Virus record (IMG/VR): IMGVR_UViG_3300031992_000143
Coordinates: 1 to 50,614 of that record
Length of the DNA: 50,614 nt
Source: a virus
Direction: 5' to 3' (one strand)
In this document: piece after piece, positions 8,210 through 17,372 of the stretch
Numbering within the stretch: position 1 is the stretch's first letter
Layout: the number at the start of each line of letters is the position of its first letter
Translations under genes and position numbers: made by a program
Notes under the pieces: model-generated
Database searches by the model: none
Seen by the model: the letters and a program-made list of their open reading frames with translations, nothing else
Told to the model about the DNA's origin: nothing

Positions 8210-9544
8210 TTACGCCCCTGCGCCTTCGCCCTCGTCCTTGTCGAGGTCAATGATGGCCTCGTCTTCCACGCTAGTTTCGAGCGCATAGCCGCCCACAAAG
8301 CGGTTCTTTCTCACTTCCTCCTGCGACAGCACGCCGGCATCGACATAGTTCTTGTCGGTTCGGCTCTGGATTTCGCGGGTCTCGGCATCCGTCTTCTGGT
8401 CGCGCTTGGAAAGCGGGTTGAAATTGATGGTGAGCGATTCCTTGGAAGTGTCCACCGTCTTTGTCTTCGCGTTCAGTATGCCCATGAGCTTGTAAAGCGG
8501 CGGCGCAAGCTGCGCCTGTTGCAAACCGGCAACGTAGGAATTGAAGTTGTCGTCGTCGCCCTCGCCGGTCGCGTTCATGCCGGCCGCGGATCGACCGAAA
8601 AGCAAAGTAACCGGAATGCGGTAGGAGCCCGCCACACTCATTGCCTGTCTGTCCCAGATTTCGGGGAGACCGGCAAAAGAGAAGTTCTCGCGGGTGCAGT
8701 CTTCGCCTTCGCCAAGCATGACGCCGTTAATGATGCTTTTCTGTTCGTCGATGGCTTCCATGCGGGTCTCGATGGCCTTGTAGTTGTTTTCGGACACGAG
8801 CTGTTCCAGGTTCGACATCTTGTACTTGACAATCGAACATTCCTTTACGAGGTGCGAGATTCCCTGCACCGTAGTGCCGAAGTGGCCCGCGTCTTCAAGG
8901 CCCTCGTAGATAGCGGATAGACCCCAGAACTTCTCATAGTCGAGCCAGCCGGGGAAAGCAGCGTCTACTTTCGTTACGGACTTGAAAACGAGACAACGGG
9001 AGGCGTGGACGGTAAAGAAACCGCCCGAGGCGTTCTGCAAGATGTAGCGTTCGTAATTCTCGAAATACAATGATTCAGGCATCTTCACCGTTTCCATCAT
9101 CGACAACATGACGCGGGTTCGGGGGTAAACACGGAGCCCGCGAATAGTCCCGCCCTTGGACGGATCCCATGGCAAATCCCATTCACCGGCACCGGCCACG
9201 TCGAAAACGATAATTGCACCGCCGAAAACACGCGCCCACTTCAAGGCCTCTATGAACTTTGCCGGGCCGTCAAGCTTCTGGAACGCCTTGTAAAGCGTGC
9301 CATCGTCACCCTCGACCTCAAAGCCGTTCTGCATCATCTTCTCTGCTACGATGTTGACGGCGTTCTTGACGCGTCCATCCGTGTAGTACAGACTTTCAAG
9401 CTGCACATCGACAAGGCGCGGGAATCCGGGCACAACGTCGATATTGTTGGATGTCCCGACAAGAGACTTGTCTTTTTTCATTCCGAGGCCGGACAAAACA
9501 TTTCTCCAGGCGTCGGTGCGGAAAAGGCTGGAAAGTTTTACCAT
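8210..9544 (-). CDS. portal protein (DUF1073-like)
   Basis: 444-aa ORF with AGGAG upstream. Lies between terL and MuF, with the typical N-terminus SLFRTDAWRNVLSGLG. Confidence 0.85.
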   Translation of the reverse strand: MVKLSSLFRTDAWRNVLSGLGMKKDKSLVGTSNNIDVVPGFPRLVDVQLESLYYTDGRVKNAVNIVAEKMMQNGFEVEGDDGTLYKAFQKLDGPAKFIEALKWARVFGGAIIVFDVAGAGEWDLPWDPSKGGTIRGLRVYPRTRVMLSMMETVKMPESLYFENYERYILQNASGGFFTVHASRCLVFKSVTKVDAAFPGWLDYEKFWGLSAIYEGLEDAGHFGTTVQGISHLVKECSIVKYKMSNLEQLVSENNYKAIETRMEAIDEQKSIINGVMLGEGEDCTRENFSFAGLPEIWDRQAMSVAGSYRIPVTLLFGRSAAGMNATGEGDDDNFNSYVAGLQQAQLAPPLYKLMGILNAKTKTVDTSKESLTINFNPLSKRDQKTDAETREIQSRTDKNYVDAGVLSQEEVRKNRFVGGYALETSVEDEAIIDLDKDEGEGAGA

Positions 9545-9582
9545 TTTTCTTTTCTCCTAGTTTGTCTTTTTTTCCTTTGTTC

Positions 9583-10905
9583 TTATTGATAGAGGCCGGA
9601 AACACCGCCGCCACGGTAAAAGGCCTGTCGCAAGAGGGAGGACGCGCTATCGGGAGCGTCTCGCGGGTCTTGGCCCGGTCGGTAGTCGTTGACCTGGTTC
9701 AAATAGTTCGGGTCGGTATTCGGATCCCATACGATTCGTTGCCAATACTTTTTCAGGAACGAAACGATCTTTATATCCTTGTTCATGCTCTCGGCGTAGG
9801 CGTGAACGGTCGGGAATCCAGGAATCCGGCGAAGTTCGCCAGCCGCCATGCCCTTGTCGGGGTTCTTTTCGATGTGGAAATTGCGAACGTTGCGGTTCCT
9901 GCACTCGCGGGCGAAATCCAGCTTGCAATCCTCGAAAGTGCCGGTGTATATCTTGCCGTAAGCCTGAATCTTTCCGTCGGGCCGCTCCGCCATGATGGTG
10001 AGTGCGTTCGTACAGGAGCCGTCCCACGCGGCATCCATGTGGCCGTGTACTCGCGTGGGTCGGATAGACCAGTCCCACTCGCCGTAGATAGGCTCGTCGA
10101 AAATCTGGCCTTCATCCTTGACGCTCGTATCGAGCATGTAGTTTATGGCAAAGAGTGAGGCCGTGGTAGTAGACCGTTTTTCTTCGAGCTCTTGCGGGCT
10201 CAAAATTTTCGTGTCTTGCGGCCTGTACTTGATGGCGTCGGGAATGACGAGGTTTCCCGCGTCGTTCTTCATGGCCCAGGCATCATCGTAGTGCCACGGC
10301 GTGCCTACAAACAGGCAATTCTTGCCGGGGTCGATGATGTTGGTCATGATTTCAAGAACGCCCTGCTTCACCATTTCGCGGTGTGCGCGTGAGAGCCTGT
10401 CCTTGATGGTGATAATATCGTCGCAAAGGATGCGGTCGTAATGTCGGCCCGTCGGCACCTGGTTAATGCCGTATGCGTCGATGGAGCCTTCTTTCGTGAT
10501 AGTCCTCTTAAAGTCATAGGTCACGGAGCCAAACGGGGAACGGGTCTCCGTTGGCGGCTTGCCGTGAAGGTACGCGAACAAAGACTGAATGGCCGGATTC
10601 CTCATGTACGCCTTGATAGTTTCGAGTGTGGACGCAGCTTCCGTCCATGTTTCGCGGATCAGGGCTATACGTTCGGACGGGTGGAAAAGCAGATAGTAGA
10701 CGATGCCAACCTCGGTGATGGCGGTTGTCTTGTAGGCGCCACGGTGGGCCATGAGCGAGAAATGCTTGCCGCCCGGAGAGTCCCAGACCATCTTGCACCA
10801 GTCGGAATGTAGCTTCTTGAGCTTCGTCTTTCCTACCATGTGGCCCAAAAGGTGCGGGTAGTCGCGCACTTTCTCGACCAAATCGGGCGTCCACGAAAAA
10901 GCCAT
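9583..10905 (-). CDS. terL: terminase large subunit
   Basis: 440-aa ORF. Walker A-like motif MAHRGAYKTT, followed by a nuclease half (HGHMDAAWDG...). Lies immediately upstream of the portal gene. Confidence 0.9.
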   Translation of the reverse strand: MAFSWTPDLVEKVRDYPHLLGHMVGKTKLKKLHSDWCKMVWDSPGGKHFSLMAHRGAYKTTAITEVGIVYYLLFHPSERIALIRETWTEAASTLETIKAYMRNPAIQSLFAYLHGKPPTETRSPFGSVTYDFKRTITKEGSIDAYGINQVPTGRHYDRILCDDIITIKDRLSRAHREMVKQGVLEIMTNIIDPGKNCLFVGTPWHYDDAWAMKNDAGNLVIPDAIKYRPQDTKILSPQELEEKRSTTTASLFAINYMLDTSVKDEGQIFDEPIYGEWDWSIRPTRVHGHMDAAWDGSCTNALTIMAERPDGKIQAYGKIYTGTFEDCKLDFARECRNRNVRNFHIEKNPDKGMAAGELRRIPGFPTVHAYAESMNKDIKIVSFLKKYWQRIVWDPNTDPNYLNQVNDYRPGQDPRDAPDSASSLLRQAFYRGGGVSGLYQ

Positions 10906-10923
10906 AACAGCAACCCCCGCCCT

Positions 10924-11475
10924 TTACCCTAGACCGGAAAACACTGTGATGGAAGGCTCGGCGGCGTGCGTTCCGCTTGCGCCTTCCGTCTTTGCGGCAC
11001 CGTCTGCACCGTTCGCGGCTTCGGCGGTCGCGACCGATTCGGGCTGCTTCGGTTCCACCTTTCGGCCCTGCGCGAACAACGTAGAAAGCATGAGTTCCGT
11101 GTCCGGCGTCATGGTCGAGGTCTGCGTTTCTTCCTCGGTGAACTTCATGCCGGCAAATTCCGCAATTTTCAAAAGCTGGTCGGCGTTTCCTTCCTTGATG
11201 GCCCGTAACAAAGCACGATAAAACACCACCTTGTCGATGGTGTCCTTGCGCTGGATAGGTACGTTCAGCTCCTTAAGCGAATCGTAGAGGGCCTTCGGCA
11301 CTGCGATTTCGGCGGTAACCACTTCCCGGATGTCGTCGAGAAGCAGCTTCTTTCTGTCCTTGTTTTCAAGGCGTTTTTTTAGGCCCAACGCACTTAATTT
11401 TTTTGCACGTTCGGAACTGCGTATGGGCTTCAAGTTCGCAATTTCCTTTGCGCTTGGCTTCGTTCTACGCCCCAT
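10924..11475 (-). CDS. terS: terminase small subunit (putative)
   Basis: ORF 10924..11481 begins GTG-TGT-ATG, and ATG 11475 is the preferred start. It has a basic N-terminus (MGRRTKPSAKE) and is the first gene of the late block, upstream of terL. Function is inferred from position only. Confidence 0.55.
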   Translation of the reverse strand: MGRRTKPSAKEIANLKPIRSSERAKKLSALGLKKRLENKDRKKLLLDDIREVVTAEIAVPKALYDSLKELNVPIQRKDTIDKVVFYRALLRAIKEGNADQLLKIAEFAGMKFTEEETQTSTMTPDTELMLSTLFAQGRKVEPKQPESVATAEAANGADGAAKTEGASGTHAAEPSITVFSGLG

Positions 11476-11663
11476 ACACACCTAACCTTGATAAGCCTTG
11501 AATAAGCCAAGGTTTATTTTTTGTTACATTTTCCATACAATTTTTCATCCTGTGAGATAATTTTGTATTAAAAATATAACTTTTTTGTAACGAAAAAGCC
11601 AACAAAAAGTAAAACGGCGAACCAAACGTAAGTAAAAAATATCAAAAATTTTCGTCTTTACTA

Positions 11664-11692
11664 TTGCACAACATACATAAATTATGTATATT
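11664..11692 (+). promoter_or_regulatory. sigma70-type early promoter (TTGCAC-N17-TATATT) carrying the conserved AAATTATGTATATT box
   Basis: -35 at 11664-11669 and -10 at 11687-11692. The same 13-14 nt box occurs at 18103-18115 and 28182-28195. A short A-rich leader runs to ACGAGGT-N8-ATG 11727. Confidence 0.5.
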
Positions 11693-11726
11693 TACAACGT
11701 AAAACAAAAACAAACGAGGTAAAAAA

Positions 11727-12113
11727 ATGACACAGAAACTTATCACCGCCGCAATCACCAACGCTTCCAAGAAGTTCGGCCTCTATTCCCAGGATGGAAA
11801 GAGGGGCAAAGCCGTGGTTCTCGCCCGATTCTTCACCCCTGCATCAAACATGACCTGGTACATGACCGAATTTGATCCGGAAACGGGAGACGGCTTCGGC
11901 GTGGTCGTCGGTAGCGCGACCGAATGGGGCTATTTCAACGTGAACGAAATGCAGAACGCAAAAATGCAGTCCGGCTTTTTCAGGGGTATGCAGGCGATCG
12001 AGCGCGACATCCACGTTACGCCCAAGAAGCAGACCCTCATCGAGTGCATGAAGTCTTACGGTGACGAAATCCCGAGCTGGCTTTTGCCCAAGGAAGAAGA
12101 AAAGGCCGCGTAA
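11727..12113 (+). CDS. DUF2958-family protein
   Basis: 128 aa. LYSQDGKRGKAVVLARFFTPASNMTWYMTEFDPETGDGFGVVVGSATEWGYFNVNEM matches the DUF2958 signature from memory. Has a GAGGT RBS. Confidence 0.75.
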   Translation: MTQKLITAAITNASKKFGLYSQDGKRGKAVVLARFFTPASNMTWYMTEFDPETGDGFGVVVGSATEWGYFNVNEMQNAKMQSGFFRGMQAIERDIHVTPKKQTLIECMKSYGDEIPSWLLPKEEEKAA

Positions 12114-12139
12114 TCCACAGAATCGACAAGAAATCAACA

Positions 12140-12165
12140 GCCCCGGCAACGGGGCCTTATTTTTA
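12140..12165 (+). terminator. rho-independent terminator
   Basis: GCCCCG-gcaa-CGGGGC followed by CTTATTTTT, 27 nt after the stop of 11727..12113. Confidence 0.7.
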
Positions 12166-12402
12166 AAGAACCCAGATTTATGCGTATATTCGCATAAACG
12201 CCATGTTTTCTTTTGCACGGAAACGCGCATTTAAGGCGTTTTTCGTTCCGGTCGTGTATTTGCTTGACTGAACGCAAAAACGCATTTAGTGCGCACGCCA
12301 TGCAAAACGGCGACTGTTCCAGGTTGGAATACCCGGAATAAAAAACGAAATCTTGGAAAAAACACCTTTTTCGTGGTGCCGCGAAAAAGGTAAATAGATT
12401 TT

Positions 12403-12452
12403 GACAGTCAAAAGACAGTCTATTGACGGTCAAAAGACGGTCTTCGATAGTC
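12403..12452. repeat. five phased copies of palindromic GAC-N-GTC (iteron/operator array)
   Basis: GACAGTC at 12403 and 12414, GACGGTC at 12425 and 12436, GATAGTC at 12446. Spacing is 11, 11, 11 and 10 nt. Copies 1 and 3 extend to TTGAC-N-GTCAA (12401-12411, 12423-12433). Confidence 0.8.
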
Positions 12453-12491
12453 CTTTCCCCTATACACACCCTAAAGATGAAAAAGAAAAAT

Positions 12492-12540
12492 ATGTAATGA
12501 AATGAGATGTAATGAAATGAAATGAGATGTAATGAAATGG
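12492..12540. repeat. tandem repeat ATGTAATGAAATGAG x3 (imperfect)
   Basis: Units at 12492-12506, 12507-12526 (with an extra AATGA) and 12527-12540. Confidence 0.85.
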
Positions 12541-12546
12541 TTCAAC

Positions 12547-12587
12547 GCCCTACCAACCCCCTTTAAAGGCCCTACCAACCCCCTTTA
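12547..12587. repeat. tandem direct repeat GCCCTACCAACCCCCTTTA x2, period 22
   Basis: Identical 19-mers at 12547-12565 and 12569-12587. Confidence 0.9.
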
Positions 12588-12704
12588 GAAAAATCGTTTA
12601 ATAAAAATCAAAAATTTACATAAAATTTTAAAAGACTATTGCAAAAATGATTTTTTATTTATAAATTATCTACAAAAAGGCAAAAGAACCCGGAATGCAC
12701 AAAG

Positions 12705-13316
12705 ATGATGACGGCAGAAGAAGAAAACTTGCAGGCGCAAGAAATCCAGCAAGCAGATGCTGAACTTGACGAGCTGAAGGAAGAAAACCAGAGGCTCCGG
12801 ATAAAGATTGGACTCCTAGAGAATGCCAATAAATATCTGAAGTACCTGCTCGAGGCGAACTTTGCGGACCATCGCTGGTGTTCTACCAGAAAGTTGTATC
12901 CTACATTTGAAGACAAGGAAATCGTCTACAATGTCGCCGGGAATTATAGGATAGGATTTTGGGACCATAAGAAAAAATCTTTTGTAAACAAGTTCAACGG
13001 GCGCAGAATCAGCTTCATAAAGGTGGCTTCTTGGTGCTACCTGGACCACTCCAGGGACGGGTATGGGAAAGTCCCGGCAGATGTTAGGCAGGCCATCGAT
13101 GAATATAGAGATGAGCGCCGCAGATGGACAAATCGTGAAGAATTTAATGACGACGGCGATGAAATAGAGATAATCCCTATTGACGGGATCGCCGACGACG
13201 ACGAATACTTCGTAACAATCGAAAGCGACGGAGAAGTATGGATAAACGATTCGCCCACCTTTAACATCCTGAACTTTATAGAAGTTTACAAAAACGGCGA
13301 AAAGGTTGAATTTTAA
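12705..13316 (+). CDS. hypothetical protein with N-terminal coiled coil
   Basis: 203-aa ORF, the first gene after the repeat-rich non-coding region. No strong SD sequence. Confidence 0.65.
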   Translation: MMTAEEENLQAQEIQQADAELDELKEENQRLRIKIGLLENANKYLKYLLEANFADHRWCSTRKLYPTFEDKEIVYNVAGNYRIGFWDHKKKSFVNKFNGRRISFIKVASWCYLDHSRDGYGKVPADVRQAIDEYRDERRRWTNREEFNDDGDEIEIIPIDGIADDDEYFVTIESDGEVWINDSPTFNILNFIEVYKNGEKVEF

Positions 13317-13331
13317 ATACAAGGAGCTAAA

Positions 13332-13499
13332 ATGGCTGAAATCAAGAGTGAAACCCGAACCGTACTCATGGACGCGAAGGCCGTCCAGCGAGTAGAGGAA
13401 TATATCGAAAAGACGCGCAGCGAGAAGGGCATACGCCTTACTATCGGAAACGTGCTCGCGATGGCCTTGGACAAGATGCTCAACGATGAAGGTGTGTAA
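13332..13499 (+). CDS. small ribbon-helix-helix-like protein (55 aa)
   Basis: Below the track cutoff. AAGGAG at 13321-13326, ATG 13332. Sequence MAEIKSETRTVLMDAKAVQRVEEYIEKTRSEKGIRLTIGNVLAMALDKMLNDEGV. Its TAA overlaps the next ATG (TAATG). Confidence 0.6.
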   Translation: MAEIKSETRTVLMDAKAVQRVEEYIEKTRSEKGIRLTIGNVLAMALDKMLNDEGV

Positions 13500-14338
13500 T
13501 GGCGGTTTCTTCTATCCATGTCGAACTGGATAAGTTTTTCCACGAGACAAGGGGACTAAACAAGGACAACTGCTGGGAATGGTTCGAATCGTTCCGAAAC
13601 ACCCTGCTATACAAGGGTTACGAGGAAAACCCGCACCCCTACGCCTTGGCCCTGCTTGACGAAACTGAATGTTACTCGGCATATTGCGCCGTCTGTAACA
13701 TCGAAGGGCGCGTCATTGCCGAACTCGAACGCAAGAAGGAAGCCTTTGACTTTGAAAAGGTTTACAAGATTTGCATGGAGAAAAAAGGCAGTGATTACGC
13801 GCAGTTGAAGGAAAAGGAGTCCCGCTATCTTGAACTACACCCGGAAGCGAACAGGTGGCGCGACAACAACAGAACGCCGTCCACGAAGTCCAAGGCGAAA
13901 AAGGCCACCGAAAAGCACGATGCCGAACAGACGCGGAACGATCCAGAACCGCCGAAACCGCAAGTAACCGAAATGAAGAAAACGCCCGACCAGCTTGTAT
14001 GGGGGCAGTTCGAAAATGTTTTATTGACGCAGAAGCAACACGACGATTTTTGTGTCCATGTCGGCAACGTGAACGAGGCAAACAAGATCATAGATTCATT
14101 GTCTTGCAAGCTGGAGGACGGCTCCTTCAACTCCTCGAACCACTATGCCACGCTCATGTACTGGGCGAGCTACCGCAAGGAGAAGGCAGCGGAGGCCGTT
14201 GAAACCGCAAAGGCCAGGGCGGCGGCAAACGCGGAGGCTTTCGGCAACGTAGACCGCCGCACACCGTACCAGAAGAACCAGGACGAGCTGCACCAGCTCT
14301 ACGTCCTGACTTCCGAGAAACTTAAGGAGCTGAAATGA
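13499..14338 (+). CDS. DnaD/replisome-organizer-like protein (putative replication initiation helper)
   Basis: 279 aa. The C-terminal motif VLLTQKQHDDF...IIDSLSCKLEDG...HYATLMYWA resembles the DnaD-like phage replication domain. Lies downstream of the iteron region. Confidence 0.5.
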   Translation: MAVSSIHVELDKFFHETRGLNKDNCWEWFESFRNTLLYKGYEENPHPYALALLDETECYSAYCAVCNIEGRVIAELERKKEAFDFEKVYKICMEKKGSDYAQLKEKESRYLELHPEANRWRDNNRTPSTKSKAKKATEKHDAEQTRNDPEPPKPQVTEMKKTPDQLVWGQFENVLLTQKQHDDFCVHVGNVNEANKIIDSLSCKLEDGSFNSSNHYATLMYWASYRKEKAAEAVETAKARAAANAEAFGNVDRRTPYQKNQDELHQLYVLTSEKLKELK

Positions 14339-14979
14339 GCAACGAAGAAATTGCGAACGCCGTGGTCAACGAGCTCACCCTCGCGTACATGCAGGCCGGT
14401 TCGAAAATCTCTACGGCAAACGCCATCGACGTGGCGAAGTCCCTATGCGAATCTCTTGACTTCAAGGACGCCGTCGAGGTCAAGGCGGCTTTCCGACGAG
14501 CCAAGATGGTGCAAGACATCCCCACCCAGCGCACACTAGCCGATGCGCTCGCAAACCACCGAGCAGAGACATACTCGCGGGCGCCGTCGATCCCCCTCAT
14601 CGAGAATCGCGACCCGAGAGCGGCTTGGCTACCGAAGTCACAGATGATGCGCAACATCAATATGATGACCGCCATCAGGAACCTCTCCGCGGCCATCTCC
14701 GACCGCGAGTACATGGAGTACTGCAAGGCGCATGTCACCAAGACGGAACGGCGCGGCGACAAGGTAGTGGCGGTATACGCTAACCTTGATGCTGCACTGG
14801 CGTTCGACAGGCCGAAGAAGGCCATGCTCGAAGACCTCTACGAGAAATACTGGCGCCTACTTCCGATGGCACAGGGCTACCCGAAAGACGCGCCGCTCAA
14901 CCACGGACTTATACCGCCGAGCGTGCCAAATTTCAAGGTCATGCTGGCCCGCGAGGAAAGATTCAAAAACGGCCGTTGA
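14335..14979 (+). CDS. hypothetical protein
   Basis: 214-aa ORF with ATGA overlap to the upstream gene. Confidence 0.8.
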   Translation: MSNEEIANAVVNELTLAYMQAGSKISTANAIDVAKSLCESLDFKDAVEVKAAFRRAKMVQDIPTQRTLADALANHRAETYSRAPSIPLIENRDPRAAWLPKSQMMRNINMMTAIRNLSAAISDREYMEYCKAHVTKTERRGDKVVAVYANLDAALAFDRPKKAMLEDLYEKYWRLLPMAQGYPKDAPLNHGLIPPSVPNFKVMLAREERFKNGR

Positions 14980-15017
14980 CCGGACGAACGAAAAAAAAAG
15001 AAAAAAGGTAAAAGCAA

Positions 15018-15353
15018 ATGAATGAGCAGATGGAACTTAAAATCCAAAGAGAACTCGAATTAAAGGAATTTGAACTTAGATCCATAGCCGAAGCCGAAGA
15101 AAAGAGCAAGGAGATAGCCGAAGAAATCAAGGCCGTCCTGCGTAAGCACGGGGCTTCCCTTGCCGAGTGGAATAACAACCTATATATCGTTCCCCCAGGT
15201 TTCCAAGTCTATTCCGTATGGAACTTTCCGATAGGTGTACGCCTTGACCCCTTTGACGTAGGACTGACGTGCGAACGCTACGACTGCGACTACCGAATAA
15301 TCAAGCCTTTACCCGAGAAACTTGCTGATATGTTTAAGGAGGCCGACAAATGA
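15018..15353 (+). CDS. hypothetical protein
   Basis: 111-aa ORF in the co-directional early operon. Confidence 0.75.
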   Translation: MNEQMELKIQRELELKEFELRSIAEAEEKSKEIAEEIKAVLRKHGASLAEWNNNLYIVPPGFQVYSVWNFPIGVRLDPFDVGLTCERYDCDYRIIKPLPEKLADMFKEADK

Positions 15354-15661
15354 GCGAACTGAAAGTATATCACCACGAATTAAGACATAATGAGTATGAA
15401 GAATTTTACCTCAAGTACGAAGCCGACAAGGTGATTGCGGAGCTGAAAGAAAGTGTCAAGGGCCTCATTCTTGACAATTATTTGAAGGACAAGGAAACGC
15501 GGCACAACAAGTACAAGCGGTGCCTGGCGATGGCTAGTTACTGGGTTGCCGTAAGTTACCAGTGTGTAGATGACAAGCACAGAAGAAGTGCGGAAAGGCA
15601 TCACCGCAAGTGGCTGGAACTCGCCGAGCAGTTCAAGGAGGGTGACAAATGCCGTGGATAA
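15350..15661 (+). CDS. hypothetical protein
   Basis: 103-aa ORF with ATGA overlap. Confidence 0.75.
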   Translation: MSELKVYHHELRHNEYEEFYLKYEADKVIAELKESVKGLILDNYLKDKETRHNKYKRCLAMASYWVAVSYQCVDDKHRRSAERHHRKWLELAEQFKEGDKCRG

Positions 15662-15981
15662 AAGCAACGCCTAGAATGGGCGGAAAGTTTGAGTTCTCGA
15701 TGGACGATATTTCAAGGGGAAAGGTTTACAAAACGGCGGAGGAATGTATGGATTCTTTCAGCAGGTTTGAGAAGGACGCCTCCTTCGGGCCGTTGATGAC
15801 TTGCAGACCGATATTTTTCCCGTTGAACGACGAAGAATTGGATGCCTTCAAGGCAGCGTTTTCCGCAGGCAAAAACAGTGCGGAGGACGACAAGAAAAAC
15901 GCCAAGATGAACGAGCTTGCCGGGACTCTGGTAGACTTCTTGAAAACGCTTAAAATGGCAGTAGAAAAGGAGGACAAATGA
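15649..15981 (+). CDS. hypothetical protein
   Basis: 110-aa ORF with AAGGAGGG upstream. Confidence 0.75.
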   Translation: MPWIKATPRMGGKFEFSMDDISRGKVYKTAEECMDSFSRFEKDASFGPLMTCRPIFFPLNDEELDAFKAAFSAGKNSAEDDKKNAKMNELAGTLVDFLKTLKMAVEKEDK

Positions 15982-16454
15982 ACATCCGCATAATCGGTCG
16001 AAAGGAACCAACCGAAGGCATCGTCTCGCGGCTTTTCAACGCCGCGAACAAGGGCGTGTTCGATGGCGTGGCTGTCACGCCATACCTTGAATCGTGCAGG
16101 TGGTACATCGAGCGAATCGACGCGCAAGTGATGATGACAAAAGATGTCGGATACCACACCAGCGGTTGGTGGAAAAATCCCGATTACGAGCGTTGCTACC
16201 ACTTGTCCATCGACTATCCGGGCGGCATGAACCTCAAGAAAACCGAATGGCTGCTGTGCGCTCTTTTCGGCTCTAACCGCAAGCTGATGTGGTGCGAACC
16301 GCCGTACTCCGAACACGGCAAGAAACTGGGCGTGTACCACTACCGCCTTTTCTGCGACGAGGCGTGGAAGCCGATAATGCCGCGCGGCGAAGTGTACAGT
16401 ACGCAGTTCACCGAACAAGGCTGGAAGTCTTTTTCGGAAATCCACAAAATCTAG
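15978..16454 (+). CDS. hypothetical protein
   Basis: 158-aa ORF with AGGAGG upstream and ATGA overlap. Confidence 0.8.
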   Translation: MNIRIIGRKEPTEGIVSRLFNAANKGVFDGVAVTPYLESCRWYIERIDAQVMMTKDVGYHTSGWWKNPDYERCYHLSIDYPGGMNLKKTEWLLCALFGSNRKLMWCEPPYSEHGKKLGVYHYRLFCDEAWKPIMPRGEVYSTQFTEQGWKSFSEIHKI

Positions 16455-16462
16455 GAGATAAA

Positions 16463-16804
16463 ATGAAAACGCTCACGCTGTCGCTTAAGAAGCAGTGGTT
16501 CGACATGATCAAGGACGGAGTCAAGAAGGAGGAATATCGCGAAATCTGTGATTATTGGGGTGTCCGATTCGCAGGGCGTGATGTATGGGCAAACGAGTTC
16601 TGCATTAAGGATGTTAGCGAAATTGAGCTCAAGCGCTTTGACCGCCTTGTCTTCACCCTCGGCTACCCGAAGGCAGACGATACTGAACGCAGGCTGGAGT
16701 TCAAGAACCCGAAAATCCGCATCGGCACGGGTCGCCCCGAGTGGGGCGCGGAGCCTGGCAAGATGTACTTCGTGATTAGCTGGGACAAGGAGATGGAAAA
16801 ATGA
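16463..16804 (+). CDS. ASCH-domain protein
   Basis: ORF 16289..16804 trimmed to ATG 16463 (AGGAG at 16453-16457). MKTLTLSLKKQWFDMIKDGVKKEEYREICDYW is the typical ASCH N-terminus. Confidence 0.7.
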   Translation: MKTLTLSLKKQWFDMIKDGVKKEEYREICDYWGVRFAGRDVWANEFCIKDVSEIELKRFDRLVFTLGYPKADDTERRLEFKNPKIRIGTGRPEWGAEPGKMYFVISWDKEMEK

Positions 16805-17052
16805 ATACGCTTGCGTCACTTCTAAAAGAACTCAATAAGAAAGACTGCCCAAAGTTTATCATCTTGAACGAGCTTATGATATTGAACACAAATAACATAA
16901 ACTCGATATTGTTTGATACGAAAAGGAATTACAAAGAAACCAAAGACGACCCGTTTATAGAAATCTTATTTGGAGAAGAAAGAGAAAAAATTTACGGGTT
17001 GCGAGTTTCGCAAATCCTGGAAGCTATTAAACAAGGTAAGGAAAAAGAATGA
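16801..17052 (+). CDS. hypothetical protein
   Basis: 83-aa ORF with ATGA overlap. Confidence 0.7.
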   Translation: MNTLASLLKELNKKDCPKFIILNELMILNTNNINSILFDTKRNYKETKDDPFIEILFGEEREKIYGLRVSQILEAIKQGKEKE

Positions 17053-17372
17053 GCAACGATTGTAAAGTAAAAACACGATATTTCTGGATGATCCATAAGG
17101 AACTGGAAAAGGCCATAGAAAAGCACCCGGAGTTTGTGTCCTCTATCATTGACCCGTCGTCGTGCGTGAGCTGGGCAGAATCCGAAGCGCGAATCAAGCT
17201 ACGCAACAGCCGAGGGCCTCAATGTGCCGATAACATACTGATGGAAGAAGTCGCCGAGGCGTTTGCGGCATACCAGCAGGGCGACAAGGAACACGCCTTG
17301 CAGGAGCTGGCGCAATGCGGGGCCGTGATTCTGCGTATTATGGAAATGATAGACATAAATGCAAAGACTTGA
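17049..17372 (+). CDS. MazG-like all-alpha NTP pyrophosphohydrolase (tentative)
   Basis: 107 aa. ILMEEVAEAFAAYQQGDKEHALQELAQCGAVILRIME resembles the EExxE...D...E helices of small MazG-like proteins. Confidence 0.45.
   Translation: MSNDCKVKTRYFWMIHKELEKAIEKHPEFVSSIIDPSSCVSWAESEARIKLRNSRGPQCADNILMEEVAEAFAAYQQGDKEHALQELAQCGAVILRIMEMIDINAKT

Noticed and set aside
12134-12469. 111-aa minus-strand ORF inside the repeat-rich non-coding region
   Set aside because: It is Cys/Phe/Arg-rich, convergent on the terminator at 12140, and runs through the palindromes and iterons. The region is better explained as regulatory or origin DNA.
12492-12587. Possible mini-CRISPR array
   Set aside because: The units are contiguous tandem repeats of 15-22 nt with no spacers. 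There are no 24-48 nt repeats alternating with unique sequence, and no cas genes.
15726-16445. 239-aa minus-strand ORF, and similar long antisense ORFs at 26301..26879, 28529..29077, 30752..31546, 31893..32588, 21441..22052, 37685..38383 (+), 48910..49824 (+), 460..1188 (+), 4778..5665 (+) and 7665..8288 (+)
   Set aside because: All overlap sense genes that have RBSs, operon-consistent direction and recognisable protein motifs. None has its own RBS or a plausible composition.
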